Source of the DNA: an uncultured bacterium
Lineage (GTDB): Bacteria > Verrucomicrobiota > Verrucomicrobiia > Limisphaerales > UBA11358
NCBI GenBank assembly: GCA_963708305.1
Contig: CAVPSH010000001.1
Span: 864,191 to 928,190, forward strand
Reading direction: 5' to 3'
Length of the DNA: 64,000 nt
The notes beneath the pieces were generated by a model. It was not told the DNA's origin. It saw nothing but the letters and a program-made list of their open reading frames with translations, and did not search any database. Of this stretch, positions 55,601-64,000 are shown one piece after another. The position numbers were made by a program, and so were the translations under genes. Each line of letters begins with the position of its first letter. The first letter of the stretch is position 1.

Positions 55601-55885
55601 GCCGCTGTTCCACAAATCGCCGACGTTTGCCTTGAGTCTGGCTGTGTTGCTAGCCACCAGCACTTGATAGGCCGTCTGCCGCTGGTCACGCTCCCCGGAA
55701 TTCAGAATCCAAGCCAGCCGCGGCTGCGGGGCATCAATACCCAGCGGGTTTTCCAGATGCTCGCAGCGCAATTCCGACACGGTTGGGTCGGCAAGGGCAA
55801 CGGAGGTGAAAGCGAGCACGATGCCCGGTGGAAATCTGCGGACGGTTTTCCTTACCACGGCCAAAGTCGTGTCAAACCAGTGCAT
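52598..55885 (-). CDS. GH78 alpha-L-rhamnosidase (large, 1095 aa), secreted
   Basis: LRCEHLENPLGIDAPQPRLAW...AYQVLVAS and DCPQRDERQGWLGDRS are GH78 signatures. Confidence 0.9.
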   Translation of the reverse strand: MHWFDTTLAVVRKTVRRFPPGIVLAFTSVALADPTVSELRCEHLENPLGIDAPQPRLAWILNSGERDQRQTAYQVLVASNTARLKANVGDLWNSGKVDSDQSFEVPYAGKALVSNEQCFWKVRVWDKDEKASAWSGPAEWSMGLLQPSDWQAHWIGLDGEAAADYLAGTSWIWFPEGEPEKAAPPGERYFRRVVVIPPDRQIKHARFVYTGDSLCRGWLNGRDLGARASYHVVKDNDVTYRLRPGTNVIALTGSNRGTNAKPAGVVGLLTVEFDHGLPLLIPTDDQWKVSDQDPTNWNMPGFVDSAWTSAKVLGPVGMQPWGDVRISESRRQPARWLRKQFTVDKKIGRATVSFSGLGWSELDLNGHKVGDAVLSPAFAQYNKRVFYVTYDATKQLRRGANAMGVVLGNGRYYADRSHVYTGTESFGWPELLLQLRVEYADGSVTNIVSDGSWRLTTNGPILANNDYDGEDYDARKAFPGWSQPGFDDSTWQPAQIVEAPLGLAAAQMVEPERVTGTRQPISMTEPKPGIYVYDMGQNMVGWTRLKVKGPVGTRVKLRFAEVLKPDGTLYVANLRGAQATDTYILNGHGTEIWEPRFTWHGFRYVQVTGFPGKPDLHSIAGRIVNDDLPTNGTFECSNPLLNQIYRAVVWGVRGNYHSIPTDCPQRDERQGWLGDRSEESRGETYLFDNSTLYSKWLQDMADAQRPNGSVPDIAPAYWPIYSDDVVWPSSGIIIPEMLREQYADTEIIARHYDGAKKWVDFMSGFVTHGLISKDSYGDWCVPPEDPTLIHSRDPNRETDKTLLATTYFYHDLCLMEEYAQMLGKTDDARQFRDQAEKMKAAFNDRFLNRDLGQYDNGSQTSCVLPLAFGLVPDDMRQRIFHHLVDKIVNESRGHIGTGLVGGQYLMRVLTDNGRADLAYALADQKTYPSWGYMIEHGATTIWELWNGNTADPEMNSRNHVMLVGDLVIWLYEDLAGIKPDPAAPGFKHIIMQPHPVGDLTFVQATHRSPYGLIASDWRRKGADFDWHIAIPVNTTATVYVPAKKLEHVYEGGRSAINVRDIKFLGMENGYAVFNAGSGNYHFTSEGYSAHESFLR

Positions 55886-56034
55886 TGGGTCAAAATATGT
55901 CCGTGGGCCCGGATTGTCGAGAATGCGAGACTCAACAAAACTTTTGTCTTTTTTGACAAGCTGTGTGAAATATTTTTACGCGCGGGCAATAAAGCCTATG
56001 ATGAGACCCGATTTTGGTCCAATCACTGAAAGAT

Positions 56035-58077
56035 ATGATCATGTGCCAACTGCGGAATTTTTCCTGGGGAACCGTCCTCGCCGCCACAATTTTGGGAGCC
56101 TGCGGGGTTGTCGCGGTTGAACCCGGCGTGGTGGACGACAGTGCCAGTCCGGACGCGCGGGTTTGCAGCGTGGGTTTGGACGAGGCGCATTGGACACAAG
56201 GTCTGTGGGCGGAGCGGTTCGCGCTGTGCCGCCAGACGATGATTCCGGCCATGGGGCGGTTGATGGAAGGCACCAATTACACCCAGTTTTACCAAAACTT
56301 CCGCATCGCCGCCGGGTTGGCGCCGGGCCGCCACCACGGAGCGCCGTTCAATGACGGTGATTTCTACAAATGGCTTGAAGGCGCTTCGGCCCTGTACGCC
56401 CAAACGCACGATCCAAAGCTGGAGGCGACGATTGGGGAAATCGTAAGCGTCATCGGCCAAGCCCAGCGTGCGGATGGCTATCTGCAAACGGCCACGCTGA
56501 TCCGGGAGCACAACGGCGACACGAATGCCGCGCCGTTTCAGAATCCGGATGATTTTGAAATGTACAACCTGGGTCATTTAATGACGGCTGCGTGCGTTAA
56601 TTATCGCGCCACCGGGAGGACCAACCTGCTCGCCATCGCCTGCCGGGCGGCGGATTTTCTCGACCAGACCTTCCAGCATCCCACACCGGCCCTGGCCCGG
56701 AATCTGGTTTGTCCGTCGCATTACATGGGGATTGTCGAACTGTATCGCACGACGCATAACCCGCGTTATCTGGCCCTGGCCAGGCGCCTCTTCGCCATGC
56801 GTGATCTGGTAAACGACGGCGGCGATGACAATCAGGACCGCATTGCTTTTCAAGACCAGGACGAAGCCGTGGGACACGCGGTGCGCGCCAATTACCTATA
56901 CGCCGGCGCGGCGGATTTGTTCCTGGAAACCGGCGACCCGTCATTGGGGAGGCAGTTGGAATTGATCTGGACCAACGTCGTCCAGAAGAAAATGTACATT
57001 ACCGGCGGGTGCGGCGCGCTGTGGGACGGCGCGTCGCCGGATGGCGCGAAAGATCAGAAGACCATCACGCGCGTTCATCAGGCCTACGGGCGGAATTATC
57101 AACTGCCCAACGTCACCGCCTACTGCGAAACCTGCGCGAATATCGCCAACGTGATGTGGAACTGGCGGATGTTCCTGGCGACGGGTCAGGCGCAGTTCAT
57201 GGACGTGGTCGAACTCGCGCTGGACAACAGCGTGTTGTCCGGTGGCGGGCTTGATGGAACGAACTACTTTTATGTCAATCCACTGCGGCAGCTCACTACG
57301 ATGCCGACGGAGTTACGCTGGCCGCGGGCGCGCGTGCCGTTCCTCAACTCGTTCTGCTGCCCGCCCAACCTGGTTCGCACCATCGCCGAATCCGCGAATT
57401 ATGTTTATGCCAAATCCGGCGATGGGATCTGGGTGAATCTTTATGGCGGAAGTGTGCTCGATACGACGATTGGGAATGGACGGAAAATCAAACTGGCCCA
57501 GGAAACGGAATACCCGTGGAACGGGCGTGTGCGAATCATCATCAATCAGTGTGACAACATGCCTTTTGCGTTGAAATTGCGCATCCCCGGCTGGGCGAAG
57601 AGCGCGTCGGTCCGGATCAACGACGGACCGGCGGACGATTCTCCGGCACCGGGAACATACTTTGAATTGCGCCGGACCTGGAAGTCGGGCGACATCGTTG
57701 ACCTGGACATCCCCATGCCAGCCGAGGTGGTCGAGGCGAACCCGCTGGTAGAGGATGATTTGAATCAGGTTGCTATCAAACGCGGGCCGATCGTCTATTG
57801 TCTGGAATCCACCGACCTGCCGGCCGGCGTCGGCGTCATGCAGGTCCGCGTGCCGGCAGATGTAGACTTCGCGGCCCGTTACGACCGGCGGCTGCTCGGT
57901 GGAGTGGTGGTATTGAACTGCACGCTGCGGGTGCAATCGAGGGGCGACTGGGACGGACAACTGTACCGTGAGGCAGCGGACGTTCAGACGCGACCGGTCA
58001 AAATCCAATTGATCCCTTACTGTGTCTGGGACAACCGCGGCAAATCCGAAATGAGCGTCTGGCTGCCACGGCAATAA
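56035..58077 (+). CDS. GH127 (DUF1680) beta-L-arabinofuranosidase-family glycoside hydrolase
   Basis: NDGDFYKWLEGASALY..., CETCANIANVMWNWRMF and FCCPPNLVRT form the Cys-rich GH127 catalytic region. The start was chosen at the ATG at 56035; the ORF opens at 56014. Confidence 0.85.
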   Translation: MIMCQLRNFSWGTVLAATILGACGVVAVEPGVVDDSASPDARVCSVGLDEAHWTQGLWAERFALCRQTMIPAMGRLMEGTNYTQFYQNFRIAAGLAPGRHHGAPFNDGDFYKWLEGASALYAQTHDPKLEATIGEIVSVIGQAQRADGYLQTATLIREHNGDTNAAPFQNPDDFEMYNLGHLMTAACVNYRATGRTNLLAIACRAADFLDQTFQHPTPALARNLVCPSHYMGIVELYRTTHNPRYLALARRLFAMRDLVNDGGDDNQDRIAFQDQDEAVGHAVRANYLYAGAADLFLETGDPSLGRQLELIWTNVVQKKMYITGGCGALWDGASPDGAKDQKTITRVHQAYGRNYQLPNVTAYCETCANIANVMWNWRMFLATGQAQFMDVVELALDNSVLSGGGLDGTNYFYVNPLRQLTTMPTELRWPRARVPFLNSFCCPPNLVRTIAESANYVYAKSGDGIWVNLYGGSVLDTTIGNGRKIKLAQETEYPWNGRVRIIINQCDNMPFALKLRIPGWAKSASVRINDGPADDSPAPGTYFELRRTWKSGDIVDLDIPMPAEVVEANPLVEDDLNQVAIKRGPIVYCLESTDLPAGVGVMQVRVPADVDFAARYDRRLLGGVVVLNCTLRVQSRGDWDGQLYREAADVQTRPVKIQLIPYCVWDNRGKSEMSVWLPRQ

Positions 58078-58105
58078 ACGAAAAAAATTTCCAGCAATCA
58101 AAACC

Positions 58106-59182
58106 ATGATGACCAAACTGTACCTTGCCCTGGCTGCTTTTATGTTGGCTTCATTCAATGGTTTTTCCGCCGAACCGGGCCTGGTGAAATCGGAGTTTAT
58201 TTTTACAACCGCGCCATTTCCATCCTGCCACGCTTCGACCCTCGCGGAGACAAAAGAAGGCCTGGTGGCCGCGTGGTTCGGCGGGACCGCCGAACGCAAT
58301 CCGGATGTGTGCATTTGGGTCTCGCGCGATGTCGCCGGCCAATGGGCCCCACCGGTGGAAGTGGCCGACGGCGTGATGTCGCCGACGAATCGTTACCCGT
58401 GTTGGAATCCGGTGTTGTTCCAGCCGCAGACGGGTCCGTTGCTGTTGTTCTACAAGGTCGGTCCCAGCCCTGCGACCTGGTGGGGGATGATGATGACTTC
58501 GGACGATTCCGGTAAAACATGGTCGAAACCGCATCGGTTGCCGGAGGGCGTCCTGGGTCCGATTAAAGACAAACCGGTGCAACTGGCCAACGGCGACATC
58601 CTGTCCGGCAGCAGTGACGAATCCAAGGGCCGCACGGTGCATTTTGAGCGTTCGAGCGATTTGGGGAAAACGTGGCAGGCCACGCCGCCCGTGGCCTGCG
58701 ACCCGGACATCGGGCCGATTCAGCCGTGCATTCTTTTTCATCCCGGCGGACGGCTTCAGGCGCTGGGTCGGACGAAGCTGGGCAAGATTTTTGAAACCTG
58801 GTCAGCCGACGACGGCAGGACCTGGAGCAAGATAACCCTGACCTCGTTGCCGAATCCGGATTCAGGAATAGATGCGGTGACCTTGAAGGACGGACGACAG
58901 CTGTTGGTTTACAACCACAATACTCGGACCGGTTCAAAGAACAAGGGCCGCAGCCCGCTCAATGTGGCGATTTCCAACGATGGCAAGACATGGTTTGCCG
59001 CCCTGGTGTTGGAAGACGACCCGGACGCACCCAACGGCTTTCCTTATCCGGCCGTGATTCAGACCGGCGATGGACTCGTTCACATCACCTATACCTGGGA
59101 ACGCAAACGCATCAAACACGTGGTACTCGACCCGCAAAAGTTCAAGTTGCGACCCATCGTGGACGGCGCTTGGCCAAAGTGA
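58106..59182 (+). CDS. BNR/sialidase-like (GH33-fold) exo-hydrolase, secreted
   Basis: Asp-boxes SDDSGKTW, SSDLGKTW, SADDGRTW and SNDGKTW. The N-terminal PSCHASTLAE and C-terminal YPAVIQT..HITYTW are typical of the compact BNR_2 sialidase-like family. Confidence 0.8.
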   Translation: MMTKLYLALAAFMLASFNGFSAEPGLVKSEFIFTTAPFPSCHASTLAETKEGLVAAWFGGTAERNPDVCIWVSRDVAGQWAPPVEVADGVMSPTNRYPCWNPVLFQPQTGPLLLFYKVGPSPATWWGMMMTSDDSGKTWSKPHRLPEGVLGPIKDKPVQLANGDILSGSSDESKGRTVHFERSSDLGKTWQATPPVACDPDIGPIQPCILFHPGGRLQALGRTKLGKIFETWSADDGRTWSKITLTSLPNPDSGIDAVTLKDGRQLLVYNHNTRTGSKNKGRSPLNVAISNDGKTWFAALVLEDDPDAPNGFPYPAVIQTGDGLVHITYTWERKRIKHVVLDPQKFKLRPIVDGAWPK

Positions 59183-59418
59183 CCAATCCTGACAAAACCA
59201 ATCGCTCGAAGAGTCAGGATGATTTTTTGGCCCGCTGCTGTTCAAGCCGCTGGCGGGTTAACCTGCCACGACGTTGTCACTGGGAGGATGCACGACTGCC
59301 CGATCCGGTCAGTGGTTGCCTGCCCGCTTGTGGCGCGCGATATTTTTAGCAATTGATTGGGCGTTGCTGCGGGTTGCGTCCGCAGATAAGCATGTTAGTA
59401 TTCATTAACCCTGCTAAC

Positions 59419-59607
59419 GGATGCGGTTTAACTTTTGCCGACGGTCATTCTCAAATCCATCAATGGCAGGCGGTCAACGGAAGCCCCGGATATCCAAAGA
59501 CGGTTTGGCCGGTCACAATGATCAATGGCAATTATCCGTGGAAAAACAGCGCCGGCTACAGTGCGGACTACGAATGGATGGACGACCGGATGCCCTGCCG
59601 ACAATAG
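59419..59607 (+). pseudogene. 3'-terminal remnant of a pseudopilin-like paralog
   Basis: GCGLTFADGHSQIHQWQAVNGSPGYPKTVWPVTMINGNYPWKNSAGYSADYEWMDDRMP aligns with the C-terminus of the intact gene (62410..62598). The N-terminal methylation domain is absent. The upstream motif atttttagcaattgatt (59342-58) resembles 61569-86. Confidence 0.65.
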
Positions 59608-59835
59608 CCGCGAGCGGGCGACGAGTTGGTTTGCGAATAAATCAGGAGCGCTTCCAGTTGCAGAAAAACCCGGTTGCGAAACCCGTTGCCAAACCTGACG
59701 CGACCATTGCGGCGTTGCCGTTTTCGTTACCCTGTTTTTTCTGTTGGACCTCGACTTTACTACACCCGGCCGGACGTACAAACAGAAAGGGCGGAGTTTT
59801 CTCCGCCCTTGTGAAATCAATGGCCGGCTTCTGTT

Positions 59836-60780
59836 CTACTTCCGCCGGAAGATGAGCAGCCCCAGAGCACCGAGGCCAAGGAGGGCCATGCTCGCAGGTT
59901 CAGGCACCACAACCGACATAGTCTCCACAGCATTGGCGGTGTCCCCAAATCTTATTTCATCCCCCTGCTCCATGCCGATTCCATTGGCGTTGCTGCTTCC
60001 CGCTTGAAGGCGGATGCCATTTAGCGATGATAAATCCTGAAGCGTATACGTGAAATCCGGTGTGCCGACCGGTGTAGCGCCGGTGAGGGCGGGATTGATC
60101 CAGACATTCATGGTATCGGCCGTAGTGTTAACATTATCCATGACCATTTGTATCAGGATGAAATCCGTGGCGCCACTATTCGCAGCCACAGTTGATTGAA
60201 TGGGAGCGCTGGATGAAGAAGTCTGGCCCGCCAAACCGTGTCCGCCGTACCAAAGGGAGATTTCGGGATGGACCGTGCCTACCGTGGCAGCGCTAATGTT
60301 GGGCATGCCAATATCAAGATATTCACTGCCACTTCCGGAGGCGGAGGTGGCTCCTTGAAGAAACATCATACTGGCCTGACGAAAAGTGTTCCCGTCAGCT
60401 GACGTGGTTAATCCGTTCCAAAGATAACTCATGTAAAGCGTGTTCGCCTCGTACGTATTGGCCGTGGCATAAGTGCCGAACGTGGAGCTTAAAACTCTTT
60501 CCGCTTCACTGGAAGCAGTGGTGCCTTGTGCCGCGATGCTATTGCCGACTACAGGCAATGTCGAATAGCTCAAACCTGGTGAGATCACTGCGGTCAGATT
60601 GTTCTTATCCGTCCAAGCACCAGCCCAACCGCCAACACCACCATTGCTGCCAACAAAAGTGCCCGGCGGTGCCGCTGGATAATCAAAGCCATCGTAGGCA
60701 ATGAGTTGGGCTTGCGCCGAAACCACCCCGACAAGAGAGGCTCCTACGGATAATGCCAATAGATTCAGATACTTTTTCAT
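59836..60780 (-). CDS. PEP-CTERM sorting-domain surface protein
   Basis: It has a signal peptide, MKKYLNLLALSVGASLVGVVSAQA. The C-terminus VPEPASMALLGLGALGLLIFRRK shows PEP, a TM segment and a basic tail. Confidence 0.85.
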   Translation of the reverse strand: MKKYLNLLALSVGASLVGVVSAQAQLIAYDGFDYPAAPPGTFVGSNGGVGGWAGAWTDKNNLTAVISPGLSYSTLPVVGNSIAAQGTTASSEAERVLSSTFGTYATANTYEANTLYMSYLWNGLTTSADGNTFRQASMMFLQGATSASGSGSEYLDIGMPNISAATVGTVHPEISLWYGGHGLAGQTSSSSAPIQSTVAANSGATDFILIQMVMDNVNTTADTMNVWINPALTGATPVGTPDFTYTLQDLSSLNGIRLQAGSSNANGIGMEQGDEIRFGDTANAVETMSVVVPEPASMALLGLGALGLLIFRRK

Positions 60781-60984
60781 ACTGCTTGATTTCTGAGTTG
60801 GTGTTTTACGTTGCTAGCTGATATACAGTATTATGCATTATTTTAGGCTCATGGCCAGTGGTTTGTTTTGTCACTCGTGATAGAAAAGATGCGTTTTTTG
60901 CCAGCCATATCCTGGCCACAGAGCCTGTCTGGCTTATTTTTATGCCGCCTGAGGCAAGCAGGTTAAGGCTGGACAACACACGAG

Positions 60985-61017
60985 CCAATGACTGCAAGAG
61001 CCAATTGACTGCAAGAG
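60985..61017. repeat. tandem direct repeat (2 x 16-17 bp) upstream of the PEP-CTERM gene
   Basis: ccaatgactgcaagag followed immediately by ccaattgactgcaagag, about 205-240 bp upstream of the start at 60780. Confidence 0.5.
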
Positions 61018-61652
61018 ACCTGTGCCAAACGTGAAATGGAGTCGGAGCGTAGAGCAAGGCCCCTCGGAAACCGCAGTATCAGGTCGAACCCCCCGGCGGG
61101 GTAACTGCGCAGTTCAACCCGGAGAATGGCGGGGTTTCCCGGCCGGTGATCACATTGGTGCCGGCAGTCTCTCTTCTGCCAGGGGTTGCTCCTTTGCTCC
61201 TTGATACAGCAACGGCTGAACCAGGCAGCAATATGGAATGATTTATCCGGGCAGCCATCCCAATAATCATCCGTAGATCAGTCTAAATCCGGGCGTCAGC
61301 CGGGGCTGCGAATGGATGGACGACCACATGCCTTTCGGGCAACCGGTCCCGGTTGGCTGCGGGCAGGTTTGCAAACCAATCCAGATGCTCCCAAAGCTTC
61401 ACTCGCTTCGCGGCACTGCCACAAGTCCCGTCCCGCCGGCGTTCGAGACGGGTGCGCCTGAAAATATCATCCGGATCCGGCAACTGGTGATGGCGTGCTG
61501 CTGGTCATTGGTCCATCCGTTCCACCTTTTCCAGTCCAACCACGGGTCATCCGCCGCCCCACGCTTATCATTTTTAGCAAATGATTTGATATTTTTTGCA
61601 TTCTGAGTTCACGGGGTTAAGGTTAACATTATTCAATCCTGTTATTAATAGC

Positions 61653-62598
61653 ATGAACAAGTCGCGATGCGGATTGCAACCATTGGCGTGCGTCGGTGTA
61701 GGCGCCCCAAAAAGTCGTGGGAAGGACTCCCGCCTGGAAGGTTTCACGCTGATTGAATTGCTGGTGGTGATAGCGATCATCGCCATTCTGGCGGCCATCC
61801 TGCTGCCGGCGCTGGCGGCGGCGAAGGAAAAGGCAAGGGCCACCGATTGCATGTCCAACACCCGGCAAATGATGATCGGCTGGATGCTCTATTCCGGCGA
61901 CACTCATGACGAGATGATCGACTATGCCAAGTGGGTGGGAAAAAAGTACCGGCGAAGGGTGGACGGCGGTAAAAACCGACAATACCAACACCTCGTTGCT
62001 GGTCGGAGGCGGTCCCGGAGATTTGATGGCAAAATATATCAAATCACCCAATCTCTATAAATGCCCTTCAGATACTTACAAGAAAGGCGGATGCCCCACC
62101 GGAACCGACGGCTATCGCGTCCGCAGTTATTCGATGAATGGAGCATTGGGAGGCACCGCAGGGGGAGGTGGACCTACAGTCAAAGGGACCGCGCCAGACA
62201 ACCGGAAATATTTCGGAAGCGGTGGTGGCATGGGCCGGGATGCCAATAGACTGTCGGATTTGGTTCATCCGGCCATGGTTTTTGTGATGTTGGATGAACA
62301 GGCTGACAGCATCAGCGGCACCGGCGGTGATGCGGCGTTCATGTTCGATCCCGGTTATGCTCTCGGCCAGGAACGGTGGCGCGATCTTCCCGGCGGCTAC
62401 CACAATCACGGATGCTGTATGACTTTTGCCGACGGTCATTCTGAAATCCATCAGTGGCAGGCGATCAACAACAGCCCCGGATATCCAGGGACGATTTGGC
62501 CGGTCACAATGATGGATGGCAATAATCCGTGGAAACTCAACGCCGGCTACAGCCCGGACTACGAATGGATGGACGACCACACGGCCTACAGATATTAG
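61653..62598 (+). pseudogene. prepilin-type N-terminal cleavage/methylation-domain protein (type II pseudopilin-like, DUF1559-like C-terminus), split by a frameshift
   Basis: [26 protein letters not shown] is the methylation motif, in ORF 61596..62060. The rest of the protein is in ORF 61924..62598. The frame change maps to the A6 run at 61940-61945. Confidence 0.8.
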
Positions 62599-62714
62599 GC
62601 ATGGGTGGGCCGGAAGCCGTTTTACCCGAGAATCAAAAGCGCCAAACAAAAATTGACAAATTGACAGTCAGGTTTGTGGGGAGCATAAATAGTAGAACCA
62701 ACCAAATAAAAACT

Positions 62715-64000
62715 ATGCAAACAAGCAAGCCCAATCCCAGGCACGGTGTTGCCGCCAGTTTCAACGCGTGCATTAAGTCCGTCACCGTAGCATCGGCTGG
62801 ATTTCTGACAACCGGCGCCGGCAGCCTGCTATTGCTGGCGGTGCTGGCCGTTCCGGCGCAAGCGGCGCAAACCGTGCGCATGACGACGACGCCCGTCGCG
62901 GTGACGGTGCCGCTGAACAACAACACTTCCACCTTGATCACGAACCGGGTCATCATCGGCGGCGGCACCGACCCGGTAAATTTCAACGTGTCGGGGTTGC
63001 CGACCGGCGCTACCGCCAGTTTTGACGTCAACGGTCTCACCGCCAGCGCCACAAATGTTCTGACCTTGACCACGGTAGGAGTGGCCGAAGGGGTTTACAC
63101 GTTGAGCATTGATGCCTCCGGCGGGGCGACCGGCAATACGTTTATCACCTTGCAGGTGGGAGACGTGTGGAACGGCTCGCAACAGGTCAGCGGGAACTGG
63201 TCCAGTTCGTCCAGTTGGGTGGGCGGAACCGTTCCCGGCGCCTCGGACGATGTGTTGTTTACCGATCTCGGAGCGCAAACGAACGTGTTCACCAACAGCA
63301 TCGTGGACACCAGCACGACCATCGGCTCCCTCCGCTTTTTGAACCAAACAAACCGGTATGAAATTCTTTCGATTGCCTCCGGGAATACGTTGTCCATTGT
63401 CGGAACCAACGGATTCAGCCTTTGGCGGAACGATGTGAACCTTGCCGGAACGATGAACATCAGTTTCCTCGGTGGCGGCAATCTGGTTGTCAGCAACCAA
63501 AACGCCAACTTCAACCTGTTGATTGACAATCAGGTTGCCAACACGCTCGACCTGTCCGGCTTGGGCACTTTCACGGCGTTCTTGAACCGCATGGGATTGG
63601 GTGATTATTCCTTGTATCCCAATTACTACAATTTCGTAACGAACAAGTACTCCAACACCGCTCCTTTCAGATTTATTCCGACCGTGTTTTTTGCCCGAAC
63701 CAACATTATCAAAACCCTCTACGTGGATCCAAACAACTACACGAATGCGGATAACCGTGAGTATGGGGTTTGCCTGGACAACAGCTACAGCTCGGGAACA
63801 ACGACCCACAATAATATCAATCTAGGTTTGTCCAACGTGTTCTTTGCGGATGGCGTCTGCATCAATCACGCGAACGAAGGTGGAAACCTCCAGTTCAATC
63901 CGGGTTTTGCACGATCCACAAATATTGTAGGCAGTGTAACAAACTTTATCACCAACTCGATGGTGGCTGTCTTCCGCGGACCCAGCGGCGGACGCATGAG
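62715..64000 (+). CDS. large secreted surface protein, 5' part (open at window end)
   Basis: This ORF is not in the ORF track because it has no stop in the window. My hand translation from the ATG at 62715 reads MQTSKPNPRHG...LLLLAVLAVPAQAAQTV..., then ..NWSSSSSWVGGTVPGASDDVLFTD.., an autotransporter-associated beta-strand-repeat-like motif. It stays open to 64000. Confidence 0.7.
   Translation, partial: MQTSKPNPRHGVAASFNACIKSVTVASAGFLTTGAGSLLLLAVLAVPAQAAQTVRMTTTPVAVTVPLNNNTSTLITNRVIIGGGTDPVNFNVSGLPTGATASFDVNGLTASATNVLTLTTVGVAEGVYTLSIDASGGATGNTFITLQVGDVWNGSQQVSGNWSSSSSWVGGTVPGASDDVLFTDLGAQTNVFTNSIVDTSTTIGSLRFLNQTNRYEILSIASGNTLSIVGTNGFSLWRNDVNLAGTMNISFLGGGNLVVSNQNANFNLLIDNQVANTLDLSGLGTFTAFLNRMGLGDYSLYPNYYNFVTNKYSNTAPFRFIPTVFFARTNIIKTLYVDPNNYTNADNREYGVCLDNSYSSGTTTHNNINLGLSNVFFADGVCINHANEGGNLQFNPGFARSTNIVGSVTNFITNSMVAVFRGPSGGRM

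Noticed and set aside
62633-63809. Minus-strand ORFs of 146 and 326 aa
   Set aside because: They are antisense to the open-ended plus-strand surface-protein gene, which starts at 62715 with a good signal peptide and repeat motifs.

Overview
GC-rich bacterial chromosomal segment. It looks like a PVC-superphylum, Verrucomicrobiota-like genome: it carries a PEP-CTERM protein, prepilin-type N-methylation-domain paralogs, many Sec/TAT-signal glycoside hydrolases and several families of short palindromic intergenic repeats. No transposase, integrase, phage, CRISPR or rRNA gene is visible. Positions 1-7.8 kb are housekeeping: SYLF protein, cNMP-binding protein, pheA, GNAT, YjbQ, scpA/scpB and tRNA-His. 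From 7.8 to 59.2 kb runs one large carbohydrate-utilisation island. Its hydrolases are GH95, GH29, three GH78, two GH2, GH28, GH127, two BNR/sialidase-like proteins, a beta-helix protein, a DUF5060-type hydrolase, a beta-propeller hydrolase and two esterases. Three cytoplasmic catabolic modules are interleaved with them. (i) An isomerase, a split transketolase and an FGGY kinase at 8.8-13.6 kb. (ii) An AraC-linked operon at 18.2-26.8 kb: sialidase-like protein, SSS transporter, Fe-ADH, DapA-like aldolase, PdxA-like dehydrogenase and DUF1537 kinase. (iii) A RuBisCO-like protein (RLP), a second DUF1537 kinase, an Asp/Glu-racemase-like protein and BASS and MFS transporters at 40.7-46.9 kb. The enzyme set resembles a rhamnogalacturonan-II-type (apiose, Dha/Kdo, aceric acid, fucose, rhamnose) degradome. 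The RLP module is the best candidate for an undescribed acid-sugar pathway. Positions 59.3-64 kb hold cell-surface genes: decayed and intact pseudopilin-like paralogs, a PEP-CTERM protein and the 5' part of a large surface protein that runs off the window. Quality caveat: at least six genes are split by 1-2 nt frameshifts, most of them at short homopolymer or dinucleotide runs. These may be assembly errors rather than true pseudogenes. All family assignments come from motif recognition by eye, not from searches.
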